Assembly: GCA_964016885.1 (NCBI GenBank)
Contig: OZ024741.1
Location: 67,890,001 to 67,954,000, forward strand
Direction: 5' to 3'
Origin: Eledone cirrhosa
Taxonomy: Eukaryota
DNA: 64,000 nucleotides
The position numbers and the translations under genes were made by a program. The notes beneath the pieces were generated by a model. It was not told where the DNA came from. It saw nothing but the letters and a program-made list of their open reading frames with translations, and did no database searches. How positions within the stretch are numbered: position 1 is the stretch's first letter; every line of letters begins with the position of its first letter. Positions 12,754 to 27,106 of this stretch are shown piece after piece.

Positions 12754-12953
12754 NNNNNNNNNNNNNNNNNNNNNNNNNNNNNNNNNNNNNNNNNNNNNNN
12801 NNNNNNNNNNNNNNNNNNNNNNNNNNNNNNNNNNNNNNNNNNNNNNNNNNNNNNNNNNNNNNNNNNNNNNNNNNNNNNNNNNNNNNNNNNNNNNNNNNNN
12901 NNNNNNNNNNNNNNNNNNNNNNNNNNNNNNNNNNNNNNNNNNNNNNNNNNNNN
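12754..12953. other. Assembly gap (200 N)
   Basis: Run of N. Confidence 1.
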
Positions 12954-13481
12954 GGGAGGTGTGTAGGATCCATACATACATAATACAGACGACACTCAGC
13001 TTTATAATATTATAGATAGATAGATATCATTGTTTCTTTTGTTATGGCGGTATAGTATGATTTGAGTGTCATTGACCGTTAATACTAGAAGGTCTGGCGA
13101 TCACGTGTAGGCATCCTCGTATATGTAAGTAACGTGGGTTTTATAACATGATATTGTAAGCAATAACTGAATTTACAACTCTACTTTGGTATTGATAATG
13201 TAGTACCATGACTTATAACATTGAGTACAATTGTAGTACCGTGGCTTATAACATTGAGTTCAATTACTCCATCGTTGGGGGAAAATCAACCAGCGATAGA
13301 TCATATCTGTATTTATAGTGGTGGGTCTTTCATCTTTCTCTTCAGATTGATATAATTGAAGTTGCCTAACGGTTCTACAAAGCCATGCATCCGAAGTGGT
13401 ATAGAAACTGCAACACTATACGTCAAAATGACATTGAATTGTAACTGTATCGGTGGCTAGTCAGATTAGCTGTAAAATAGT

Positions 13482-13660
13482 TGTCTCTACTTTAGGCACA
13501 AGGCCACCAATTACCCAGTGCATTACTGGTACTTTATTTTATCGACCTCGTAGGGATGAAAGGCAAAGTCAACCTCGGCAGTATTTGAACTCAGATCGTA
13601 AAGGGACGTAACTATGCTGGAAAGCATGGCGTCCGATCCTCTACTGATACTGCCAATCCA
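13482..13660 (-). mobile_element. tRNA-derived SINE (main family)
   Basis: Reverse complement of the consensus head, core and tail. Confidence 0.8.
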
Positions 13661-14941
13661 TGTAAAATAGTGCCATGTATTAATATTTGCCGTTGGAGCA
13701 AGGATTAGGAGGAAGACTGTGTAATTAATGATAATTGTTGTTGATTTCACTGCAGCTGCTGCTACTGCTGTCGTTTAGTCCCTGGTGCTTTCTGATGAAC
13801 AGACCTATGATTAAATACATTACAGTTATTACTAGTTTAGTATCTAATCTTAACCCATCCATTGCAACCATTCATTGAACTTTTACGACTGTAAGTTGTG
13901 ATCCGGCAATTAATTTTAACATGTCGAACGACTACGTAGGGTCACTTTGGTTGGATTAGTCTGAGTTCCTATTAACAATTTGAAATTACGATTTCTATAC
14001 TGAAACTGACAAACAGGTACAGAAAATAAGCGAATGGGCAGTGATGTATTGAGAGACGAAAAGGTTGAATGATTGTAGTATTTGACTTTCGATTCATGAT
14101 TGGAAATTGGGACCTTTGGCAAGGGTTCCGTTGAGTATATTGATATAGAGACATGACTTTTAACTCTTTATATCTTAGTTCAAGTATTTGTCAGGAGTTT
14201 ATCAGTATCTGAACATCAGAGGAACTTACCTATAGTAGACAATATTGTATCGTTTAATTTGGGAATGAATTCGTATCTGATCCAACTATTTTTATAAATG
14301 TAGCACAGAGCTTGCAAAATAAATTAATTTAATTGTATGATAGCTTTCAGTACGAAATCCAACCAATGGTCTTAGCAAACTATAATACAACCATACACTA
14401 AATGTTTCATCAGCTTCACACAAAAGTGGATATGATTAAAACGAATTAAGATACGATTTTCGGAATTTTTCGTGTGGGATTTTTCTTCCGAAAGCTATCA
14501 AGATCATAAGCCTTCTTAGAGTATTTTAATCACAACACCTATAAACTGTTAAGATTGCTATAAATTTTCATTCCCATTGATTTAGCAATCGATTTATTTC
14601 AAATGTCTCTATTGATTATCATGGAAGGAAATTCTTTTGCACCAGAGAGCTTTCATATTAAATAACCACTGAAATTTCTCCTATTTAATTCAAACTCATT
14701 ATTCAAACTCTTAATATATTATTCAGTTGCCATCTAATTTCAATTCCTTTTAGCAAATCTCTTTACCTTCATTTTTATTATAGCAGTTGTTGTTATTGCT
14801 GCTTTTTTGGGGGGTATTGTGGTTGTTATTGTTACATTATTTTTATTGTTGTTGTTGCTGTTATTTGCGTTTTTGCTGTTGTTGTCATTGTTGGGTTTTT
14901 GTTATTGTTGCTTTTGTTGTTGTTGCTGTTGTTGTTGTTAC

Positions 14942-14972
<31 letters not shown>

Positions 14973-15980
14973 ATTCTCACTGTTGCTGCTGCTATTGCCA
15001 GAGGTTCATATTCTTTTATATTTAAATTCATTTCATTCCCCGTGTGACATATTATTAACAGCGAGTAATGCAGTAACTATATTTTCATATCTTGATTTTA
15101 TTATCTCATCATGTAACCAATTTAATATCTTCAAATATGCATATAGCTGTCTTTCTCCTATAAATTCTTCAATTTCCTTTTCTATGTATCGTCTTTTATT
15201 CTTTTCATTTTCGTCATTCATCGATACAATCGCCAGCAGCACCTACACCACCACAAATAACAACTAACCCATCTCCACCGCCAACACAATAGCCAAAATG
15301 ACCAACACCTCCATTAATATCACATTCCTTATCGACATCACCATCGCCATCATCATCAACACAGACACCAATAACAACAAAACCAACACTGCCACCAATA
15401 CAACAATCAAAATATCACAACCATTACCCAAACCATCGCTATCTTTATCGTCTTCATCATAACTAACATCCTCTTCCTCCTCATCATCATCATCATCACC
15501 AGCAGTAACATCACAGTGTATTCTGGGCATTTAAAACCTGGTGGACTCCATTCTTTCTCCAGTTGTGAACATGATTTTATCGTCAAAACGACAGAGAAAG
15601 GTGAGGGAAAATGATAAAGAGATATAAAGAAATAATAGACAAAGTACTGGACTGGTACTTTATTTAGAAACCTCGAAAGATGAAAAGTAAAGTTGTCATT
15701 GATGGGAGTTTGAACACAGAGTGCTCTTAGCCCAACTAACTACCGCGGAACTTAATCTAACTAACGACTCTGTCAATTCGCTGCTTAGTTCCTTAGATAA
15801 GCCGTTTATTTTAACCTATGGCTTATATGAGTTATTTCCCCTAGCTTTATTTTCTCTTTTGTTCTAACCAAATTTGCTTCCAAACATGTGTATGATAGAA
15901 ACCGCCTCGAATAGCACTGACTTCATTTTTGTCTATCGGGCTCTCTTTTTGTCTATCAGCCGAACTATTGGTTGTCTGCA

Positions 15981-16045
<65 letters not shown>

Positions 16046-16424
16046 CCATATATAGATATATATGTGTGTGTTACGTGCGAGTATGTATTTCTTTCACTTA
16101 ATATTAACCGGCCACTTTCCCGACGTCAAGATTGTGAGGACAAAGAAATAGCCCCCTACCCTTGTGCCATCGTTCATCCTTAGAATCGTAAATATCTTTT
16201 CCCGATTTTCAAGAGTTCCAGATATCGTGGTCACTTGAACGTAGAGTCATGATACAAGAGCTTTAAATTTCCCATAAACATGGGAGAGATATTTTCATTT
16301 TCCTCAAACTTAGACGATACATTAACGTCCACATTCCAGCAGACCTCTCTACAACAGTGCAATAATGTATTCCCTAATGCGGGGTGTTGTGTTTGAACCT
16401 AACTGCTGTTTATATTAAGATGCT

Positions 16425-16880
16425 CTGATAATATTCTCTATTTTGGCACTAGGCCAGCAATTACCCCAATGCATTACTGGTGATTTGTTTTATTGACCCC
16501 GTAAGGATGAAAGGCAAAGTTAACCTCAGCGGGATTCGAAGTCAGAGGTAAAGGGTCATAACTCTATGCTGCAAAACATGGTGTCTCATAATTGTTTCTA
16601 CTTTTTGGCACAAGGCCAGCAATTATTCCAGTACATTACTGGTACTTTATTTTATCGACCCCGTAAGGATGAAAGGCAAAGTTAACCTCGACGGGATTTG
16701 AACGCAGACCGTAAAGGGACGTAACTATGCTAGAAAGCATGGCGTCCAACCCTCTACCGATACTGCCAATTCACCGGCCTGTCTAATAATTAATTCTACT
16801 TGTGGCACAAGGCCAGCAATTACCCAGTACATTACTGGTACTTTATTTTACCGCCCTGTCTAATAATATTCCCTATTTTG
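16425..16880 (-). mobile_element. Tandem cluster of three SINE copies or fragments
   Basis: ggcacaaggccagcaattacccagtacattactgg-like blocks recur at about 16444, 16606 and 16804. Confidence 0.8.
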
Positions 16881-17130
16881 AAATGTGAAAATACATTCGG
16901 GTTCTACTGTGCTTGACGCTTGACCTTCAAGCAATTTTTGCTTTCGTTAACATTGTAAATACTTTTCGCATCTATGCCGTGTCTCATGGGAAAATACTAC
17001 TTTGTAGACATTTGAAATAATTGCTGCTGATGTGTGTAATATCTTCCACACTTTATACATGTATGTTTGTATATACGTATATATGTATTTATATATATAT
17101 ACAATATATACAATATATATATATATATAC

Positions 17131-17162
<32 letters not shown>

Positions 17163-17407
17163 GTGTGTGTGGGTGTGTGTGTGTATGCAGGTATATATGT
17201 ATACTTGTATGCATGAATGTATCTGTGTGTTAGTAAATATGTATATTGTGTATATTGCGTATGTATGCGTGTTTGTATTATGTATATATGCATGCATGCG
17301 TGCATGCATGTATTGCTCAATGCATTAGAGGATAAATAGAACGGCTACATCTAAATGTTCCCATATGAATTGCTTGTCAAATGCAAATACATACATCAAC
17401 TTGCACA

Positions 17408-17523
<116 letters not shown>

Positions 17524-17816
17524 GAGATACCGAGAGACAGACAGACAAATAATAAATAAATAAAGAACTTTTAACACATCTAAATATTCTAACAAAGCCA
17601 TGACGGATCTTAACTCCTGGTGGAATTGTAGGGTCACCGTTCTGACATACCATGTACGAGTTTTTAAAACCTATTGATGCCCATCCCTTTCCAGCTCTGA
17701 ATGCAACCAATTTATTGCCGATAAAGGAAGAGAGAGAGAGGGGGGGGGGGCTTCAGTACTTGACTAGTACTTTCTGTATTTTATAATGCAAGAAACCGGT
17801 TTTTTCTTGTTAACTA

Positions 17817-18025
17817 GGGCGGTAGATTGGTAGTATTGACAATACTTTGCAGCATAAAGTTACGGCCCTTTATGGTCTGAGTTCAAATCCTCCCGAGGTT
17901 AACTTTGCCTTTCATCCTTACGGGGTCGATAAAATAAAGTACTAGTCACGCACTGGGGTCGATTTAATCGACTTTGCCCTTCCTCAAAATTGCTGGCCTT
18001 GTGCCTATATAAGAAACCATTATTT
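17817..18025 (+). mobile_element. tRNA-derived SINE (main family, long variant)
   Basis: B-box GAGTTCAAATCC and core present. Tail ccttgtgcctatataagaaaccattatt. Confidence 0.85.
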
Positions 18026-19312
18026 TGTTGTCCACTTTAAACCATATTGGAAGGTACTACATCAATCTATTATTCTTATTCAATGTATGTCTTTTAATTT
18101 AGATTGCTTTATCTACGTTTGTCCCTGTATATGACATTTCATTCTAACACAAACTCTCTTCCCCAATCTTTTTTTTTTTTTATATAGGTTTTAAACGTTT
18201 ACTTGACCGTCCTGACATCTTGTGAGCCAAATTTTAGTGCTATATCATATAATTATATTACCAATGTGCTCTCATATTGTAAGTAATTATCTCTCCAAAG
18301 CTTCCATATCCTAATCTGTCATGTCCATAAAATGAAACTGGTCGTCTGTATCGAAGTATACTGTTATCAACTTGCGTAGTCCTATCTATAATTACAGAGG
18401 TTTTACTAATATCAATGTATAAACAGAAAATTACCTCACAGATACAACATACCTAAAATCAATAATGCTTTCTGATTTAAATTGTATATAGTATTCAGTT
18501 ACCTCATCTTATATTCTGAGATCAAATCTTGGACAACATAGATAATACGTAATTGAAACTTTCAAAGTTACTATAAATCTATGAGTGTCTAATGACTTCT
18601 CTTAATTAGTTCACATTTATAGCCTATCAAAAACTGCAAATGATTTAGTGACATTAATGGATTGTAATTTTAGCACAAGTCCAGCAATTTTGTGGGGAAA
18701 AGGCAGTCAATTATATCGACCCGGTACTTGACTGATTCTTTATTTCATCGACGCCGAAAGGATGAAAAACAAAGTTGATTTAGGCGGTATTTGAACTGGG
18801 AGAGGAAAGAGGCGCCATAAATACCGTAAATTATATTGTCCGACACTTTAACGATTCTGTCAATCCAACGACCTCCTAAAATCAATAATAATAACTGTCA
18901 TGCTTCAACCGTTGAAAAACTTTAAATTAGGCGTCCATAATTTCCTATCACACCCATAATTCTTTACGATCGTTACTAAACATATGACCCATGCTCTACT
19001 TGTATAACGATTCTGATACTGAAGATCGGACTATGAAGATTCGAAGTGTTAATACACGCATGAATATATAAACGCTATTGTCTCAAATTTAACATAAATA
19101 ACTATCAAGGAAATACAAAAGATCCTTAATAAATATGATCAAAACGCAGGTCAGTCGTGTTTTCTATATAGCATGTTTTAAGTAAAAGTTGCGTATATAT
19201 TCGCACACAAACACATGTATATATATATATACATAACGAAGGAAATGTGGTAAGGAACCAGGTGGACCATAACGCACTAAAGTACTCAATACTTAGGGTA
19301 GTAGAGTGGGTA

Positions 19313-19428
19313 ATAGGAACAAGTAAGACCTTGACGGCTGAGCTCAAGCCGTTTCGACGGCTAATTCTGTACAGAATTAGCCGTCGAAACGGCTTGAGCT
19401 CAGCCGTCGAGGTCTTACTTGTTCCTAT
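19313..19428. repeat. 116-bp spacerless palindrome (one mismatch)
   Basis: Centre ctgt|acag at 19370/19371. The arms pair throughout except 19332/19409. Confidence 0.95.
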
Positions 19429-19782
19429 ATATATATACATCTATATATATATATATATAAACATATATATAAACATATATATATATATATATATATAAAT
19501 GAAAGGTATAGAAAGTATTGTAACAAAAAGCCAACAGTATTCCATAATATATAAGTGACTATAGCGTCAAAATGGGAAAATAGTTAACGTAAGATGTGGG
19601 AAAAATAATTCAAACTCAATTCAAAAAGAATCACGATATAGATTTTTCTAACAGAATTTAGTGAAATCCAGGAAAAAATCAATAGAGCCTTAACTCATGA
19701 TAAAATAAAGTTTAAAATACTCATCCTTCAATTTGGGACAACTACAAATGCTCTGTATAGTCTTGAAAAAGACTATTTCACG

Positions 19783-19936
<154 letters not shown>

Positions 19937-20114
19937 TAGAACACTGGAAAGTAATATCCGTAGTGGTAGAGCAAACAGTCCATGTGATGAGTTTGGTAGA
20001 AGTAGTAACACAACAGTTAATTCACCATACCGAGAACAATTGTTAACAGACCAGTCAGTCACTGTGTATTATTGAAAATAGCATATATTTTCACCAGCTC
20101 TGACAGTTTGGCAG

Positions 20115-20178
20115 GGAAACAGTGACCTGTACTGATGAAGGGTGATACCCAGAAACATTAGTGTCTGCAGTTCTGTTC
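20115..20178 (+). ncRNA. Type-I hammerhead ribozyme motif
   Basis: ctgta CTGATGA a gggt-gat-accc a GAAA ca-ttag-tg TC tgcag. Stem I is ctgta/tgcag, extended by aacag/ctgtt. Stem III is ACA/TGT. The GUC triplet is at 20163-20165. Confidence 0.65.
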
Positions 20179-20340
20179 GCATGCCAACATAAGAGCAAGA
20201 ATGAAGTGTTCATTCTCCCGACGTGGCTAAATGAATCGAATGTTATTATTAATATTCGAAAAACTCAGATTACATATATATATATATATAAAATGTTAAA
20301 AAAATAATGAATAAAACAATGAAACAGTTCCTTATATTAA

Positions 20341-20371
<31 letters not shown>

Positions 20372-20428
20372 GAGTGTGCACATAGATGTATACATATATA
20401 TATATGTGTGTGTGTAGGTGTGTATATG

Positions 20429-20469
<41 letters not shown>

Positions 20470-21469
20470 GATTGTGTGCACATGTGTAGATGTATGTATA
20501 TGTTTGCATATATTTATGAGTATGTATATTTTTAGTTGAGGATCAATATAACTATACCTCTATCTATAATGTGGGTATATGCACTTTGTGATCTATGAAA
20601 ATTATGCGTTTTGACTATGTCAACATGCATTTATCTGAGTTTGATTATTTATACATAGACATACTTGAAAGTATTTTAAGACGTATCATACGCTGTATTA
20701 TACTAAGTACAATTTACCACACCGTACTATATTGTGTTACATTATATTATATTATTGTATTACTGTATTTCATTATCTTATTATAATTTTCATCTTTTAA
20801 TATACTATCTTTCCTAGTCATGACCTTAATTTATATTCACCTAAAAACTCCATACAACACAACTCAACATTTAATTTTTACATTCCTTTTAAACTTCACT
20901 ATACCAGATACATTCAACTATCAATTTGACAATCCCTTTCTTCCTAATAGATTTGTCATGGCAATTCTATTATTAACACCATTCAACCATTCCTTTCAAA
21001 GGGTCATGACCTCAACTAAAATGAATTATTTTTCATCTTAATTTCATATGAAAAAAAAACAATCTGATTGGTTACTTCTTCAACTACCTCCAAATAAGGT
21101 CATAGAACTAAACATAATACTAATTTACTACTAATTTTGAATAAAATTATTATTGCTTTTGACAACAGCTGGTGATATGCATGTAAGTAAATATTATCTT
21201 TATCTGATATTTTGTAACTAACCTTACATAGATCGATATCGAAGTATAGTTATGATGTATTATCATCACCTAGAAACGATCGTAAAGCAGTGAAGTATAT
21301 TTCTAATGACTTGATTTTTTATTTCATTGTTTTAACTTATATCATGACTCTGTTTTCCTTTTAATGTTTTATTGTTTTCCGGGATTTATTTTAACCTACA
21401 ACATTTTCAACATATGGATTACATTGAGTTCTTCATGCAGACTAGACCCCACAACTTACCGTGGATATC

Positions 21470-21528
<59 letters not shown>

Positions 21529-21567
21529 CTATGATTTAGCTTCATGCATAGCTGTATACAGATATGT

Positions 21568-21865
21568 ATTGAAATTTCGTATTTCTAAAGAAATACAATA
21601 TGTTTATAGATAAACATTTAGAAAGCCGTAGCTATGCAAAACATCGGGGCTATCACCCTCTGGTGGTGTCCAGCAAAAGCAAGTGGGACAATCATCGATG
21701 CATTTCGAATTTATACAGCTACGCATGGAGCGGAGCTAAATCTTAATTCTATTCTATTATAAGATACAACCAGAGGGTGATAGCCCCGGTGTTTTTCATA
21801 GATATGGCTTTCTAAATGTTTATCCATAAACATATCGTAGTTCTTTAGAAATACGATATTTCAAA
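21568..21865. repeat. Imperfect inverted repeat with arms of about 100 bp, between microsatellites
   Basis: tcgtatttctaaagaa...ggggctatcaccctctgg pairs with ccagagggtgatagcccc...ttctttagaaatacga. Confidence 0.85.
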
Positions 21866-22479
21866 ATGTATATATATATGTGTGTGTGTATGTGTGTGTG
21901 TGTGTGTGTATGTGTGCGCGCGCGTGTGTGTGTGTGTGCATGTGTGTGCGTGTGTGGGTTTGTGTGTATGCGTGTATGAGTGTGTTGCAAGAGAGAAGAA
22001 CATAATAGACAATACATATAAAAACAAACACATACTACTCACTCACTTATTTACAATCTCATAAACACACTTTCACACACAATCATACAAACGCGCACAC
22101 CCACACACACACACACACACATACACGCACACACACACATAAACACACACACACATATGAAAATATACACACATAAGTCACAATTCACTAGAATATTCTC
22201 CCCGTCTCGGTTGCTTTCACTATTCTATTTTGCACTCTTCAATCGAATTGACGTTTCCGTTTGCTGATATTGTTCATAGCTGTTGGACATTTCCAATGCT
22301 CTGAGAGTGTTGGCATGGGACTTAGTCTGGCAAAAACACATTTCTTTAGCAGTGTGTTTTCTTTGCTATTGGCAACAATAGTGAAGTTGCTTGCGTGCAC
22401 TGTGAGGATTATAATGCTTTCTTCTTGTGTTTTCGTTTTGCCGTGTTTGACAGTGCTATTGCTATTACTATTGTTATTC

Positions 22480-23320
22480 TAGTTGGTGTTGTTGGTGTTG
22501 TTGGTGTTGTTGGTGTTGGTGGTGGTGGTGGTTGTGATAGTGGCGGTGGGAGTGGGAAGGGTGGTAACGGGGAGGGTGGTGGTGGTGGTGGTGACGGGGA
22601 GGTTGGTGGTGGTATGGTGGTGGTGACGAGGAGGTTGGTGGTGGTGTGGTGGTGGCGGTGGAAGTGGCGATGGTGGCTGTGATAGTGGCGATGGTGGTAG
22701 AAGTGGTGGCGGTGGCAGTGGTGGTGGTGGCTTTGATGGTGGTGTTTGATAACGGTGGGAGTGGGGCGAGTGGCGGTGGTGTTTGTTTGTGATGGCGGTG
22801 ATGGTGGTGGTTGCTGCAATGACGGCTGTGGTGTTTGATAACGGTGGGAGTGGAGAGAGTGGCGGTGGTGTTTGCTTGTGGTGGTGGTGAGGGTGTTGGT
22901 GATGATGGTGATGGTGGTGGTGGCTGTGATGCTGGCGGTGGTGTTTGTTTGTGGAGTAGTGCTGCTAGTGTTGCTGGTGGTATTGCTGTTGGTGGTGATT
23001 TCGATAGTGGTGATTGTGGTAGATTGATTGTGGTTGAGAAGATAATAATTGTGGTGGTAGAGTTAATGTTATTATTGTTATTGTTGTTGTCATTGGTGAT
23101 GGTGGTGGTGGTGGTTTAGGTTTCGTGATGATGATCAGAGAAAAACGACGGATTTGGTGGCGATAGTAAAATTTTGGTGGTGGGATTTTGTCGGGGAGTG
23201 TTTCTTTTGGCATTGAGGATGATGGTGATGATGGAGGCGGCGGTGGTGAGGGTGGTGATTTTGGCAGTGGCTTTGTTATCAGTCGTGGTGATGTTTCGGC
23301 TTATATTGGAGGGCCTGTTG

Positions 23321-23415
<95 letters not shown>

Positions 23416-23585
23416 GGTGGTGTCTACGTCTGTCTTTATTATAAACTTGGATAGTGATAATAAAGTAGAAGAGACGAATGAGACTATTAATGTTAGGGCT
23501 GATCGTATTTTTAGTGCCAACAGCAATTGCCATGATGATGATGGTGGTGGTGGTGGTGGTGGTGGTGGTGGTGATGGTGATGATA
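22480..23585 (+). repeat. GGT/GTA/GAT low-complexity trinucleotide region
   Basis: Degenerate (GGT)n with pure (GTA)n at about 23330-23405. Similar regions lie at 27370-28790, 29990-30300, 36580-37140 and 43690-44290. Confidence 0.85.
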
Positions 23586-25203
23586 AGTTAAATATATATC
23601 TCATTTAAATTTAGTATGTAGAGGAAGGTGACTGATTAGTGTTGGCTCAATAATCCCATGTCTTTTCTTGTTATGCCTGCTGCATAATATTTTCAATAGA
23701 GTAGCAAAGAAAATATATTAATGATTGTTTTGTCCCCATAGATAAGTGGGGTCCATTTATATTGACCGTTAAACGTGGCTTATATTTTAATAGTACTCGG
23801 ATGGGTGAATCGTAAAGTCAAGCCCAGCGAGATTTAAATACTTAAGAATCATTTTCAGATGCCAATGTATTAAAACCATTCTCATCTGTGACGAATGTTT
23901 TGAAAAAGTAATACGGGTTGCCCACTCCCCATAAAATGTAGAATAAATGCAACGTGTGTCCGCTGCTTCGTTGAATCTGCCAAATAATAACGATAAATCA
24001 TTGCATTATGTGGATTTTGGCAAGCACTGAAGTGAATTTAATGTATAAAATTATTTTTGGATTAGTTATTCTCTTCTCAGCTCGGCTTTCAATTTCAACC
24101 GAAATCACCATTGCTTTAGAAATTTAGAAGAGGCTACCAATGGTAAACGGACATCGATTCAAATGATTTCATAGCTTCCTTATAAGAAATTACTAATGGG
24201 TTGCTACAGTGTTACATATATCACAACTTTACAGGGGGTGGGTAACGACAATTTAACAAACCCCATAGGGTCAAAGAAAAAGCAAACAACCCTAACAAAA
24301 TCCCATCGTGGAACATGAAGTAATTTTAACTACATAGTAAATTAAGACATTTAATTTCTATTTTTTCTCTGACTAGACCCGTTCTTATGAAATCAATAAT
24401 AACGATTATTAGTATTAATATTGGAACAGACCCAATTATTTCGGTACAAGGGACACAGGCAGTTCTATGAATTTCCAGCATCTTAAAGACAATTGTTTCA
24501 TAATGCTTTTGAAGATAAAATAGTAACGACAACCCCTGTGACATTTAAACTCGGAAGATAAAAACGAAGGTAATTCAAGAAAATCGAGTGCTCTAAAGAA
24601 TCTTCCTTTGAAATTGCGACTACAATTTCAGTAATAATATATGATATTGATACAAGGCCACATATATTTAGAGACGGAAAATAAATTAAATCGACCCGGG
24701 TGCTTGACCGGTAATTATTTTATCTATCCCAGACGAACGAATGCGATTTAAAATGAGAACCATTAAAATACACAATCCACGCTATTTGGACCGGCCCTCT
24801 AATATTTCTGCAACCTAACGTTTTTTAAGAAGTCAAAGTCATATATTTTGTAAGGGGGCTAAAGTCGATTCTGTATTGATCCTGATATCCCATTTGTACC
24901 TATTTTATTGAACAAGAAAAATCAAATAAGGAGTCAATTTCAGCGGGGTTTCATCTCAAATATATAAGAACAACATATTTTAATGTGAAACATTTGATCC
25001 GGCGATTTTAAGAAATAATCAATGATGTTGTATACACGTAGAAGGGCTAGGTATGGGTTGAGGGAACAATCAAATAAATCGATCCCTGTTTAATCGATTT
25101 TAAAGAAGATATATATCAGTGGGGTTTGAACCAATAAACCTAATAATGTGCCGCTCTGTTCCGTCGATTTACTAATTCTACCATCTATTTTTCTTCTGAA
25201 ACC

Positions 25204-25388
25204 AATAATAATGATTTCTACTTTAGGCACAAGGCCGGCAATTTTGGAGAGGGGGCATTACTAAAGCTTTATTTTATCGACCTTGTAAGGATGAAAGGCA
25301 AAGCTAACCTCGGTATGATTTGAACTCAGAACGTAAAGGGCCGTACTCTCTGCCGCAAAGCATGGTGTTCGACGCTCCACCGATTCTG
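25204..25388 (-). mobile_element. tRNA-derived SINE (main family)
   Basis: The minus-strand tail reads ggccttgtgcctaaagtagaaatcattattatt. Core and B-box are recognisable. Confidence 0.8.
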
Positions 25389-25927
25389 CAAAATGATAAT
25401 GATTGTTACTTTAGGCGCAAGGTCAGCAATTTTGAGAGAAAAGTTGCTTACATCGATCTCAGCACTTTACTGATCCTATATATTATCGATTCCGGCCAGA
25501 AGGTAAAGAACCGGAAGAATAATGCCATGTATTTGCCAAACGCACTAACGACTCTGCTAATGCACCGCCCCTGTGAAATGAATAATAATGAACATTTTGT
25601 TATCGAGTATTTTGATATATGTGATCTAAAATCATACTTAAACTTTTTTTATTAATAAAGTCACCATTTTTATTATGCTATTCATGTTAACGTTGACTTT
25701 AGATTTATGTATGGCTATACTATAAGACTTATTTTCAGGCTTGATAATGTCATTGTTTTTATACTGTTTTTGATTTTGTTCTTGCACTTCTATCTTTACT
25801 TTATAACTTTAGTATATCATAAATATCTCTGATTTCCTCAGAGATGCTTCCATTCTTTGCTAGATCAGCCCCAAATGATATAAGTATGTATGTGAAGTGA
25901 ATTATATATATATATATATATATATGT

Positions 25928-25987
<60 letters not shown>

Positions 25988-26132
25988 TACACGACTGTTC
26001 AGTGATTACGCATCATTCACGATTCCTTCTTCGTGCATGTTTGCGCGTATCCTTGAGGGGAAAAATGTATATGTATGAGAATATCTACATATATACATAC
26101 ACACACACATAATATATATATATATAAAGAGT

Positions 26133-26186
<54 letters not shown>

Positions 26187-26394
26187 AGGAACAAGGTGCT
26201 GTGTGGTTACTAATAAAGTGTATTTAGAAATGAAAGGAAAGCACAAACAAGGGACAGGTCCCGTCTCCAGTTGTCTGCTGGGGGTCTCGGACGTTTCAAC
26301 GCATTAAAGACAATATATAAATATATATACATGAATGGACCTGTTATTTTTATCTAAAGACATATTTTCCAGTTCCAACCCGCCCGTCCCCTCA

Positions 26395-26885
26395 ATCAAT
26401 TTTATTTCTCATTCTTTCTTCTGATGAAGGACTAGCATCCGAAACGTTAAGACGCTCTTCCTGCTATATCAAGCGTTAACCTAATATATACCTTCCATAT
26501 ACTGTACCGATTGTGTTGTTATTTCTGTTTACCTTTTACATATATATATATATATATACACATATTTATATATACACTCACACACATATATAGATGCATA
26601 TCTAAGACCCCTCATACAAAGACACTTTTCCTTCTATATCAAGCCTTAAACTAATATATTTCTTCGATGTACTGTATCATTTACTTTGTTATTTCTATTT
26701 ATTTTTTGCATACACACACACGCGAGCAAAGGACAGAGTACAGTAAAAAAAAAAGTTAGTTTAACGCTTGATATGGTTAAAAAAGAGTGTTAACGTTTTG
26801 GACACTGGTCCTTCATCAGAAGATAGTACGAGAAATAAAAGATGAAATAGAAAGATAGAGAGTGAGAAGAGGAATGAATGAAAAG
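26395..26885. mobile_element. Penelope-like pseudo-LTR remnants in inverted and direct arrangement
   Basis: 26401-26520 is repeated inverted at about 26730-26880, including a mutated hammerhead at 26788-26823. It is also partly repeated directly at 26621-26710. Confidence 0.55.
26417..26452 (+). ncRNA. Minimal (dimer-type) hammerhead ribozyme motif
   Basis: tctt CTGATGA a gga-ctagca-tcc GAAA CGTT aaga. Stem I is 4 bp and stem III is the palindromic ACGU, as in minimal hammerheads of Penelope-like elements. Confidence 0.65.
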
Positions 26886-26931
26886 TGATTTTTTAGGGAA
26901 AAAAACGTGTGTATTCAGATAGCCATTTGGG

Positions 26932-27018
<87 letters not shown>

Positions 27019-27029
27019 AACACATACAC

Positions 27030-27106
<77 letters not shown>

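Noticed and set aside
16100-16400. Possible degenerate RT fragment on the minus strand (REVCW...LKLLYHDST...AQG)
   Set aside because: The similarity is too weak to support without a search.
19019-19052. CTGAAGA...CGAAG hammerhead-like string (also GATGAAGAG...CTC near 9393)
   Set aside because: The core GAAA is mutated and the stems are not convincingly paired. At most these are decayed remnants.
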